Positions 52,078-63,734 of a stretch of DNA of 64,000 nucleotides are shown here, piece after piece. Location of the stretch: contig NC_057718.1 in assembly GCF_004010195.1 (NCBI RefSeq), positions 100,837,637 to 100,901,636 of the forward strand, written 5' to 3'. Numbering within the stretch: the first letter of the stretch is position 1; each line of letters begins with the position of its first letter. Under the pieces are notes generated by a model. That model saw only the letters and a program-made list of their open reading frames with translations. It did no database searches and was not told where the DNA came from. The DNA is from Chiloscyllium plagiosum. Taxonomy: Eukaryota. Both the position numbers and the translations under genes were made by a program.

Positions 52078-53539
52078 ACAAATTAGTGTTACTGTACAGC
52101 AAATGATCGCTGCATCTGGGGGAGGTGAGTGCATGTTCCCAGCCTAACCCCTGAGCTATGCCTTTGTGCATGGAATCTATGTGAGACTGAATTAGAGAGA
52201 CTTCTGATTGACAAAGATGAATGGGGAAGTGGAGTTCAGGCAAACAATCAAAGGGGGTTCCGGTTAGGTCCTTATGAATGAAGATCCCAACTCCCAAACC
52301 TAAACTCGGCCAAGCACAAGAAGGAGATCGCATTCTTTGCAAAGTCAGAATCTGGACGGGACAGAGGGGCAAAAGGATCTGGGAGTACAAATACACAGAT
52401 CACTAAAAACAGCAACAGAGACCTCTGAAGGCCAATGGTACAGAGCAAGCCAAGTGATTTCGAGAAGGATAGAATTCAAAAATGGTTAAGTGATGCTAAA
52501 CCTGTATTAAACCTTGGTATGACCATACTTGGGAGTGCTAGGTGCAGTTCGAGTAGCCATATTCCATTTGGTACTGGAGTGGTTGAGGAACAAAGCTAAT
52601 ACTGGAATTGTGAAGCTATAGTTAAGAGATGAATGATGTGCCCTTCTCCCTTCAAAAGGCAAATTAATTGAAATCTTAAAAATTGTGGGAAGTTTTGATG
52701 GAGTAATTGGCCATAAGACAATGGAGCAGAAGTAGGCCATTCAGCCATCAAGTCTGCTGCACCATTCAATATTATCATGGCTGATCTGATATTCCTATAC
52801 ACCACCTCCTGCCTTTCCCCCTTGATACTCTTCCTGATGAAAATATACCTGTCTCAGCCTAGAATGTACTGAGTGACCCAACCTTGACAGCATTCTGCAG
52901 TAAAGTATTCCAAAGACTCATAGAAAATAAAAATCATCCTCAGCTCTGTCTTAAATGTGTGACCCCTAACTCTGAGCATATGTCCTCTGTTCTTTGACTG
53001 CCACAAGGGGAAACAACATCTCTACATCCATAATGTCAAATTCCCTAAGAATCGTCTGTGCTTCAATAAGATCTCGTCTACTGCTTTGTATTTTATATAC
53101 ACATGGCTCCCTGTTTAAGGCCCCTTGGCTATTGTCAACAGGATTCTTCCATCTACGACAGAAAAGCAAAACAGTCCAGATGGTGGAAATTTGAACTGAA
53201 ACCAGAAAATGCTGGAAATGCTTAGCAGGTCAGGCAGAAATAGAGAATTCCACCTGTGGGAAAGAGCACAACTAGAGGCTATTACTTCAAGATTGTCATC
53301 AAGAAATCAAATAGATAATTAAAAAGAATTGTGTATTCCCAGACAGCGGTAAGCATGTGGAAATCACCATTAGTGACTGAGTGTAGATACGTACAAGTAA
53401 GAGCTAGAGAACTGCATGAGGCATTGAGGAAAAGTAAGTTGTACTAACGGAACCCTGGCAGCATTTTCTTAAAATTCATCTGTGGGAGGTGAGTTTGACT
53501 GGCTGGCCAGCATTTATTGCCTGTCTCTCGTTGCCCTTG

Positions 53540-53725
53540 CTCTGTGGAGAGAAAGCAGAGTTAGAATTTCGAGTCCGGCAACCTTTGTTTGGAACATTCT
53601 GAAGAAGGATCACTGGACTTGAAACGTTAGCTCTGTTCCTGTTATCACAGCTGCAGTCAGACCTGCTAAGTTTCTCTAACAATTTTTGCTTCTGCTTCAG
53701 ATCTTCAGCACCGGCAATTCTTTGC
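53540..53725. mobile_element. PLE family-3 inverted element
   Basis: ttctgaagaaggatcactggacttgaaacgttagc core; further copies near 9925-10130, 34680-34775, 54790-54890, 62390-62540. Confidence 0.65.
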
Positions 53726-54281
53726 TGTGTTGTACTGATGGAGTTGGAGAAGGGAGATTGGGAGGACGTTCAGGTCAAGCTGAATGGCCTATTCCTTTCA
53801 TGGATATTCCATTGGAGAGTCCCACTGAAAGTTCAAATCTAGGATTATTGAATGTACTAAGCATTTCTGACATATAATCATTGTAGTCACTGATGGGAAA
53901 CTTAACAGAGAATGTGCATAGTTGCTGTCCCACAAATAGTAATAAGGACTCAACTGCCTCTTCTGGTGATGTTGGTCAAAAGTGGTGTTTGCCTGGGCAC
54001 TGCTAGATATTCCTGCCTTTCTTCCAATTGTCTGGTGGTTTCTTTTACATTCAACCAATGCCTTCTATCCCTCGTCTCACCAGCCGCAGGTTTTGAGTTG
54101 GGTGCCTTGTTGATCAGCAAATGTTCTTTCATTGTTAACTGGGCATGTTGAATACTGAAAGGAGAAAAGCAACACTGAAGGCATGCCAGCCATAGTAACT
54201 TCCACAGCTGCAGACGTTTTCTGCCTCTACCTCATATTGTTTGTACAAACAGTAGAATTTGTACATGTATAGTAAACAGTG

Positions 54282-54487
54282 CTGAAAATGTGTTGCTGGA
54301 AAAGCGCAGCAGGTCAGGCAGCATCCAGGGAGCAGGAGAATCAATGTTTCAGGCATGAGCCCTTTTTCAGGCTCATGCCCAAAATGTTGATTCTCCTGCT
54401 CCTTGGATGCTGCCTGACCTGCTGCGCTTTTCCAGCAATACATTTTTCAGCTCTGATCTCCAGCATCTGCAGTCCTCAATTTCTCCC
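54282..54487. mobile_element. PLE family-1 inverted element
   Basis: 14-bp perfect TSD tatagtaaacagtg (54268, 54488); tail on the right arm. Confidence 0.85.
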
Positions 54488-56474
54488 TATAGTAAACAGT
54501 GGCCTGCTGTACATGATTACAGGTTGTTGAGCTCTGTGCTCACCTTGGAGAACAAATGGATTTTAACACTAGAATTTTCAGAAAGTGTGACATTTGAAGT
54601 GTTGTTTCCAAACCCACAACCTCCACCATCTGGAATGCACATACATGGGCACACCATTTTCCCTTGCTGGTCTCGCACCATCCTGATGGTTAGAGTTGCC
54701 AACGATGCTTATATCCCATTAAAAAAAATATTAAAAACCTTTGGATCGTAAGGCCTCAGGCAGGTGTATAAACATTCTATACTTAGCTTCCGGCTGAGGA
54801 AGGGTCTATCAATCTGAAACGTTAACTCTGATTTCTCTTCACGGTTGCTACCAGACCTGCTGAACTTTTCCAGCAAATTCTGTTTTTGAGTAGACATTCC
54901 ATGCCCTTAAAAACATGTGTTTTCATTTAAATCAGATAACAAGTTGGTTTAACAACCACTGCATTGTCCTTGATGGTGGGGGCACTTGTTTTCCACTGTA
55001 CAAGTGCTCCTTGAATTTCACTTGTTCAATTTATGATTTGTCAATAATAAACAGCAGTTCGGAGTACCAGGCTGAAGAATTCAATATGCACTATTTGCCT
55101 CATTCTGAATGAGTTGTTGCACTCAAAAACAATTTATTCTAATTCAGAAAGTGGGATCAATAATTATTTTCCAAAATATTGTGTTTTTTTTAGTGCAGTT
55201 AGCTCAGTTATTGATGTGAGAAGTTGCTTGCTTGGCATTTTTGATTAAAATCTGTGATTGAGAGAATTGCCAAAGATTTACAGCAAAGAGACAGAGCATG
55301 TGGCTCAAATAGTCAGAGTTTATGCTCCAAATATGTTGTTTCCATCTTTCCCAGGCTAAACCAGTAAGCAAAGCCTTTTATTCCTTTCCCCATTTTCTGC
55401 TTATTTTGACTCCCCTTAACTGCATTGGTTCTGTTCACTACTGCTGTTCCCAAAAGCAGTGAATTCCATATTTCTAACCACCTTTTGGGTAAAGAATTTT
55501 CTCCTGAATTCCCTTGGTTTTGATAAATAGTGTAGGTTTATTACATAATAGTTGGTAGCTAGTTATATTTCAAGTGAATACATAATCATCTCTTGTGAGA
55601 CATAAGACTCGACTCAAAAGTACATATTAATGGTATCAGTGTGAACTGGATTGAATTTGTTAATAACTATTATAAAGCACCAGAAGTATAAACATATAAT
55701 GGAAGGTTCTCTTGAATTGATGATGTTTCTTCATTCTACAGAAAATCTCTTCTTTATGCCTTATGTGAAAGTAATGTTGGATTTGACACGATTCCTGTGC
55801 TTACAGTCTACATACAGTACTATTTACTCCATGGTAATTAAATCTGTGCATGCAGTAAAATCTCAGATAACACTTTATTGGGTTTTTCCCTTTCAAATTC
55901 AAGTTGTAAGTAAGTTGGGTTTCTCATTCCCACCAAAGCAGTGAGCATTTATGCTCCATTTGATGAGATGGGATGAAAGATACAGCGGAGATCAGTGTGG
56001 GAAGATGTGCTAACACCTCTTGACAGGAGCTGTCTGCTCAAGCTGTCTCAACTACTGGTGCCTTTTTCACCCTGCTCTGTTACTTCCCCTGAAAACACAC
56101 TTTAGAGGTGAAGTAATTCTTTCAAGCCAGCCAGGGTGACAAATGTTATCAGCTCTTGATTTTTAAAATCTCATTGAAGTATTTGGAAACAATAGATGCC
56201 GATAGGTGCCTCACACCTTTTCACTGACAGTGTCACATCTGTGAACTAATTTCTTTACATAAGCATTAGCAATAAAACAGGCAGCACATTGTGCTTGTAA
56301 AACTGAGAGGCGACGTACCCTGGAATAGGTTTGTGAGGTCCATACAACAGCATGGGAAAATGTGTAAAATAAAGACAACAGTACTTCAAGGAATTTGTTT
56401 TTAATCCATATTAAATCATCTTTAAGAGATGCCATTCTCTGAAAGATGCCATTCATTCGGCCATGTAAAATATT

Positions 56475-56880
56475 TTTTTTATAGATATTTTTATTAGAAA
56501 TTTAACATTTTTACAAGTTTACAAAAATAAACAAAACTCTCAAGTACAAACATTGATATACAATTAAATCTTAAATATATAATAACCAAAATTTAACAAA
56601 AGAAAAATACCGAGAAAAATAAACAAAACTCAACTAACTACTAATCTAACCTACAACTAACCAGAGTGTATATTTAAGTCTCTTACATTATTCAAATAAG
56701 AGAAAGAGAAAAAAAACAGTGGATAACACAGAAATTGGGTAGTGAGATACATGCTCGGAATGTGTTAACATCAAATGTAACAAAACCCGTATTCGTGCAG
56801 GATTCCTCTCCCAAGGGGCCCCGGACCAGCCAGGTTCGTAATCTCAATTAAATAAAAGCCCTTGTTAGGATAGCCAAAAT
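56475..56880 (-). mobile_element. 5'-truncated L1-type retroposon 3' end
   Basis: Perfect 16-bp TSD ggccatgtaaaatatt (56459, 56881); T-run and tttatt (minus-strand polyA and AATAAA) at left end; minus-strand target tt|aata resembles L1 TT/AAAA. Confidence 0.75.
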
Positions 56881-57105
56881 GGCCATGTAAAATATTAACA
56901 AGGAACCATGATTAACTTTAAGTTCCCCTCCTTGTAATTAATAGTTTAAATGCTAATATCTGTGAAGGCCTCAGGAGATAATCACTGAGATCTGCTTTTC
57001 CTGATGATTATATTCATGATCGTTTTGGCAAATGACTCAGCAAAAAAAAAGCACAAAACAAAGATATTTTCTAATCAGTATGTTCAGAGATTTCATTACA
57101 CATGG

Positions 57106-57475
57106 AGTCATAGAGTTGTATAGCGCAGAAACCCATCGGCCCAACTTGTCCATGCCAACCAGATATACTAAATTAATCTCGTCCCATTTGCCAGCATTTG
57201 TCCCATATCCCTCTAAACCCTTCCTATTCATGTACCCATCCAGATGCCTTTGAAATGTTGTCATTGTAACAGCCTCCACCACTTCCTCTGGCGGCACATT
57301 CCATACACGCACCACCCTTTGCATGAAAAAGTTGCCACTTAGCTCCCTTTTAAATCTTTCCCCTCTCACCTTAAATCTATACCCTCTAGTTTTGGACACC
57401 CCTACCACTGGAAAAAGACTTTGGCTCTTTACCATATCCATGCCTCTCACAATTGTATAAACCTATATAAGATCT
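57106..57475 (-). mobile_element. CR1 3' fragment
   Basis: ORF 57037-57450: SKTRGYRFKVRGERFKRELSGNFFMQRVVRVWNVPPEEVV. Confidence 0.9.
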
Positions 57476-58299
57476 CTGGAGCAGGTGGTATTTGAAGCCA
57501 GGGCTCCTGATTTAGAGACAGGAACCTCTCATTGTTCCACCAGAGCCTCGTTACAAAATTATAGATTGGACGGCGGGAAGTTCTACAATGATAAAAAGAA
57601 AACTTAAATTTCTCTTCCACATATCAGATAGAGTTTCTTAATCGTAGCAATCGTTGTAATTTTCGTTTGCCTGAGTTTGTAAAAGACATAACATGAAATG
57701 TAGATGTCAGACTTTGAAGTTGTAAATTATATGTGTTTCTGTCGATTAAAACAGGCATTCATCCCAACATCATTTTCAGGACACATACTGCATATCACTC
57801 CCGTGAGCCCTGGTAGATATGGCTAAAATCTATCTTTCTGTCAGTATGGAATGTTTTGTGGTTGTGTGGAGCAAGACCATCTGAAATGTTTTGGACAGAT
57901 TCATCGCCTCAATTCTCCTTTTTTTCTACATTACTAATATCAGTTGGGGAAAGATTCTCACACTATGTCTTTGGTAGACTCAATCTTAATAAAAAGTGTT
58001 GGTTCATTACATAAATGTTGGTTGCTAGTTATATATCAACTGACTGTATAATTGTTTCTGGTGAGGCATAAGACTCAACTGAAAAATATGTATTAGTGCT
58101 ATCTTTGTGAATTTAACACTAGAACAGCAACTTAGAAAGATCCTGCTAAAGATGTATTAATACCCTTTTAGATACTAATGGGCAGAGTCTATCTCGTTCA
58201 GTTAACCCTTTCAGGAACTAACTATCCGATACAACAGGAACATCCACATCGCTGCTGAATCAGGAATTCACTCAGTTGCTGAGTAATCCTTCATTGAAT

Positions 58300-58985
58300 A
58301 AAGAACAATACAGGCCCTTCGACCCTCCAAGCCTGCGCCGACATATTTTACTAAAATTGCCTTCACTTACAGGATCCGTATCCCTCTATTCCCTTCCTAT
58401 TCATGATTTGGAGATGCCGGTGTTGGACTGGGGTGTACAAAGTTAAAAATCACACAACACCAGGTTAAAGTCCGACAGGTTTAATTGGAAGCACACTAGC
58501 TTTCGAAGCAACGCTCCTTCATCAGGTAATATCAGCTGATGAAGGAGCGTCGCTCCGAAAGCTAGTGTGCTTCCAATTAAACCTGTTGGACTATAACCTG
58601 GTGTTGTGTGATTTTTAACTTCCTATTCATGTATTTATCTGGGTACTTCTTGAATGCTGCTATTGTGTCTGCTTCCACCACCTCATATTGCAGTATGTTC
58701 CAGGCACTCACCACCCTTTGTGTGAAAAACCTGCCCCACGCATCTCTTTTAAACTTGTCCCCTCCGCACCTTGAACCTGTGTCCCCTAGTAATTGACCAC
58801 TCCACCCTGGGAAAAAAGCCTCATATTTTCCACTCTGTCCATGCCATTCCCAATCTTATAAACTTCTATCAGGTTGCCTCTCAACCTCCTGCGTTCCAGT
58901 GAAAACAAACCCAGTCTGTCCAACGTTTCTTCAACACTTAAATTCCCCCATACTGGGCAACATCTTGTACCCTCTCCAAAGCATT
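58300..58985 (-). mobile_element. CR1 variant 3' fragment with nested PLE family-2 hairpin (58406-58618)
   Basis: TSD cttcctattcatg (58393, 58619); near-perfect inverted arms. Confidence 0.85.
58533..58567 (+). ncRNA. Minimal hammerhead ribozyme core (family 2)
   Basis: CTGATGA A GGAGC gtc GCTCC GAAAG CTA gtg. Confidence 0.65.
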
Positions 58986-59166
58986 TTATTAATGAGTCTT
59001 ATTTATCCCCTCCTAAGGAGACAGTCAGCTAGCTCAGTTGGCTGGATAGCTGGTTTGTGATGCTGAGTGATGTCAACAGCATGGGATTTAGTTCCTGCAT
59101 TGGCTGAGATTACCATGAAGATCCTGCCTTGTCAACCTTTCCCCTTGTCTGATGTGTGGTGATCCT

Positions 59167-60090
59167 TTTTATTTCACAAATATGCTTTATTCATAAAAAT
59201 CTTTGTATACATACACAGTCAGTAGAGTGGTTTGTTTCTGTACACAGTGTTTACATATAGAACAAATAAACCCAAACGCAAGACTATGCTTGCATACATT
59301 TTGAGGGACTGAGAGGGTCTGATAACTGTATGGGCCCCATTTACCTTCTGCAGGAAGACCTCAGATGGTGGTCTTTCCCCACCGTGCCTTGGTGACAGCT
59401 GCTCCAGACTTTAGTGCGTCCCTCAGTACGTAGTCCAGGACCTTGGAGGGTGCCAGTCTGCAACACTTGGTCAGAGCCAACTTCTTGCTCTGTAAGGCCA
59501 ACAAGTTTCGGGCAGACCAAAGAGTGTCTTTCACCGAGTTGATGATCCTCCAGGTGCAGTCGATGTTTGTCTCGGTGTGTGTCCTGGGGAACAGACCGTA
59601 GAGCACAGAGTCCTGCGTCACGGAGCTGCTTGGGTGATCCTCAACATAAACCACTCTATTTCTCTGCAGCTTTGCTTTGCAAAGGTACATTGCAGTAGGA
59701 GAACTGTGATAGTCTCTACCCCCCACGGCCATTTTGAGGGCAGCGTGTGGTAGTGCGGAGAATCCGGGCATATGTGAAGGATCTCACCATCAGCCAAGCA
59801 ATGTCTTGGTGCTTGTCAGAAAGTTCAGTGACGGGGCATTCTGCCCAATGACTTTGACCGTCTGCTCAGGGAACAACCCGACAGAATCCACCCTCTCCTT
59901 TTCCTGCATCTCGAAGATTATGCAGTGCTGACCACCTCCTGATGGACATGTGGACAAAGGTGTTTTTCTTTGCAAGTTTGTCCACGTGGGACTGATGATA
60001 CAGAACAGTCCCACTACTTGGATCATTCCACGGCAGCTAGGTCAGGCTCATCCTTCGCAACACCGGGGACAGGTAGAACCTCAGTACGTA
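59167..60090 (-). mobile_element. Tx1/L1-clade LINE 3' fragment (internally deleted) inserted in SINE-3
   Basis: ORF 59361-59771: QDSVLYGLFP...WRIINSVKDTLWSARNLL...YVLRDALK...RWGK; aataaa and A-rich tail at left; TSD gtgatcct / gtgaccct. Confidence 0.8.
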
Positions 60091-60528
60091 GTGACCCTCA
60101 GATTAAACCACCACCAGATGTGTACTCTAATGATAGAACAGACCTATGATCCATGTCAGACTATGGTGACCTTACCTATCAGACTAAGTGGTACTTTGTT
60201 TCTAGGTTGGTGACTTTAATTGTGAGAGCGAGACCATGTGGAAACTATACCTCAAGGTTTTCTCATTTTGTTAACATGTCTTCTAGATATTCACACTTTA
60301 TGCACCCACCAATCTTTCTCATTGCCTGTCTCTACATTATTTAAATGGAAATGTGAATCGTAAAGCCCACCAATATTTGCCATTCTCTCTCTTACAAGTA
60401 ATTTTCATGTAATTATTTATCTAAATCTGGAATGATCAATATTTATTTGTGTTTTATGATGCTGGAGCAATTTTTGCACCATCTCAGCTGACCACACTAG
60501 ACTATTCACAAGTATGATCCTGATCATG

Positions 60529-60734
60529 ATTTGGAGATGCTGGTGTTGGACTGGGGTGTACAAAATTAAAAATCACACAACACCTGGTTATAAACCAACA
60601 GGTTTAATTGGAAGCACACTAGCTTTCGGAGCGACGCTCCTTCATCAGGTGATGACGGAGCGTCGCTCCGAAAGCTAGTGTGCTTCCAATTAAACCTGTT
60701 GGACTATAACCTGGTGTTGTGTGATTTTTAACTT
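60529..60734. mobile_element. PLE family-2 inverted element
   Basis: 14-bp TSD tgatcctgatcatg (60515, 60735); almost identical to 58406-58618. Confidence 0.87.
60617..60651 (-). ncRNA. Complete minimal hammerhead ribozyme (family 2)
   Basis: Minus strand: CAC CTGATGA A GGAGC gtc GCTCC GAAAG CTA GTG; stem I CAC/GTG, stem II 5 bp, AGCT palindrome. Confidence 0.7.
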
Positions 60735-61809
60735 TGATCCTGATCATGTTTTATATGCAGAACTAGTAAGATAAATTCTGTCAATCTGCTTAAGGAGCCA
60801 CATTTCCTCCTGATTTTTTAAATAATAGCAGCCTTTTTGCAATCCATCAATTTTCAGTTAGGAGGTTCAATAATATACTTAACTGCTTTCTAAGAACACT
60901 TAATGTTTTGCACGGAACGTAACTTATTAATGGCTGTGTCCACCAGCAATACTGTGCTCACTGCTTTTGGATTCTGTGCAAGTGGGACATTTATCTTATT
61001 ATTCAGTAGCACCTGCCAGAACTCACTTAAAACATGTAAACAACTGCGATATTCACTGTTGAAGCACTGCATTCCTGATAACATCCTGGAAGGGTTTAGG
61101 ACCACACAGAAAGCCTTCTCTCCCACCACCCCAACTTTTGTCTTGCAGTTACTTGTGTTTAAATCTGACTCTGCCTCTCACGCTTAGGAACACCAGGATT
61201 TTTGCTTAAAGCTACAGTTGCTGTATTTTTTTTTAATCAATCCACGCATCTGTGGGATGTGCATACTGCCAGCAAGACCAGGATCTCTTGCCTGTCCCAA
61301 GTTTTCCGTGAGAGGGTGAATTGCTGAAGTCTGCATGGTGAAGGTGTCCCCACAGCTCTGTCCATGATGGGAGCTTCACGTTTCTGACGCCAGAGACGAT
61401 GAAAGAATTGTGAAGCATTGACGAGGCAGACTGGCGTGCGACGTGGAAGGGAAACTTGGAGGAGGTCGTATTCCAATACATTATGTGCCCTTGCCACAGA
61501 AGTTTTTTTTATTGGACATTGCTGGCTGGGCCAGTATTTATTGTCCGCCCCCAGTTGTCCTTTGAGAACTGCCTTCTTGAACCACTGCAGTCCATGTGCT
61601 GAAGGTATACCAACAACCCCCTTAGGGAGGGAAAGTGCTTACCTCCCACCGAGAGTTCCTATTTGGCAGAATGCTGATTGAATAATCACTCCTCAGAATT
61701 GCAGGAGCATTGATTGTAAATCCCACATCATGAACCAGCAATGACCTTTTTTTTTATCAGGCTGCAGATTCTTGCCTCCATTAAACTTTGAGAGCCTAAT
61801 AGGGTTTGG

Positions 61810-62135
61810 TGAGCTCAGTTAGCTGGATGACTGGTTTGTGATGCAGGGTAATGCCAAAAAGACAAGCAGGAGACTGGAAGATCACAGCAAGCCCAGCAGC
61901 GTCAGGAGGAGGAGAAGTCAATGTTTCAGATATAACCCTTCTTCAGGACTGCAGAGTAGTGTCAGCAGTGTGGTTCAATTCTGACATTAACTGAGGTTAC
62001 AGTGAAGGACTCTCCTCATCAACTTCTCCCCTTGCCTGAGACTTGGTGACACTCAGTTAAACCACCGCCACTCGTCTCTGTCCAAAGAGAAAGTGACACT
62101 ATAGTGTGTTAAAACTATATCAACTTTGCCTTTAG
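61810..62135 (+). mobile_element. SINE-3 split by a decayed PLE arm (~61858-61949)
   Basis: Insert ...aatgtttcagatataacccttcttcagg; diverged duplication tgcagggtaatgcca / tgcagagtagtgtca. Confidence 0.6.
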
Positions 62136-63734
62136 CCTAGTTAGCTATTAGGTTGATCTTAGTTGATGAACAGGAGTAGGCTTCTGATGTTTCTGCATAT
62201 GATTATTAACATTTGACTTTAGAATTAGCTTTAAGTAATGACTTGCAAAAATGTTTGACCTTTGCCATCTTCTTGGATTATTCACAAAGTTAGCTACTTA
62301 AAATTCTAAGAATAGAAGATTGTTCAAAAAGCGAACACAACCGTAGAAACTTACTCAAAAACAAAAGATTGTATGTGTTTGGAAAATTTGAAATAACATG
62401 TAAATACTGGGATTACTCAGCCTCTGGAGAGAGAGAAAATCAGAGTTAATATTTATGGGTGAAGAATTTTGATCAGAGCTGAAGTATCACTTGTTTTCCT
62501 CTCTATAGATGCTGCTGAACTCCTCCAATGGGTTCTGTTTCTAATTGGCTGTCAGAGCTTATATTTGCCTTAGCTTTGGGCATTTGATAGAATCTATTCC
62601 TCTTTAATTCATAATTAGTTTTAAAAACCATTGGTAAGAATCTGTTAGGGATTCATTCTGAGTGGCATAACATCAGGTATAAAGTTTCTCCTCTTAATCT
62701 TGGAAAGGAACTAGAAAGGCTGTCCAACATTGAGACAATTGCTCTGTGTGATTTAAATAAAGTATATTAAAAGACAGATTTATTTTCCCCACAAGATGCA
62801 AGCATAAGTCTATCCAGATTCTCATTCCCTCTAGCCTTGAGCACGGTTTAGATATTTAATTTTGGAAAGTGTAGACTCCATTGAGCTATGAGTTTAATTT
62901 ATTGCCAGCTTTATTGCAGGTTTCGCAACTGCATTATGAATAAACTGAACGGTTAACTGTGCAGACAAATGCATTCGTTTATTTCTAGTGCTGTGTTCAT
63001 CCATCAGCACGATGACTGTCCCTTAAGGTTACAGTAGATATTGGCTTTTCGAAAGACTGAACTCCTACACCTCCCCCATGCCATGATACAATAATAACCA
63101 TTGGTACAAACAGCAATTGTATCCTTGGTTCTATTTCTATTGTCAGAAATCTAAAGGCCAGCATTTCCCATGTCCAACTTGAGGGCAGAAGGATTGGAGA
63201 GGGGGGGACTTTGGAGAATTTTTTGCACGCTCCCAGTGGATTTGGGAGTGGGGTAGGGGAGGAACACACTGTCTGGAAGAGAAGCAGAAAGCCTCTTTGC
63301 GTTTTATCAAAATGGAATAGGTATAATTTACAAAGACACGGATGGAGAGTGAGGAAGTGACATCAGACTGGATAGCTCTGTCCAGCCAAATATAGTGAGT
63401 TGAACAGCCTCCCTCTTCACTGAATGTTTTTGGACTATCTATAAGAAATAAGGGTAGATGACGAATCTTGTGCCTCCTCCAACATTTGGTTGGACTGTGG
63501 CTGAACTTCCACCTCAAAACCCATTTCCACCTGGATTCTGTGGATCTCACTCTTGGAAATGCTAAATATCCACTGCCCTCTTGGAACTGAACCCACGTTG
63601 TTGGCATCCCTTTGCATCACAAACCAGCCTTCCAGCCAACTGAGCTAACTGACCCACCACTCAGTCTGCGATGCACTGAACTGAAAGTGGTTGGTGAAAC
63701 AATACTCCTGTGAATTTTGTTTGTTGGTGTGCAG

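Noticed and set aside
58406..58618. miRNA precursor, terminator or classical MITE
   Set aside because: Multi-copy, asymmetric arms, variable-length TSDs and a hammerhead core point to PLE origin, though small-RNA production is not excluded
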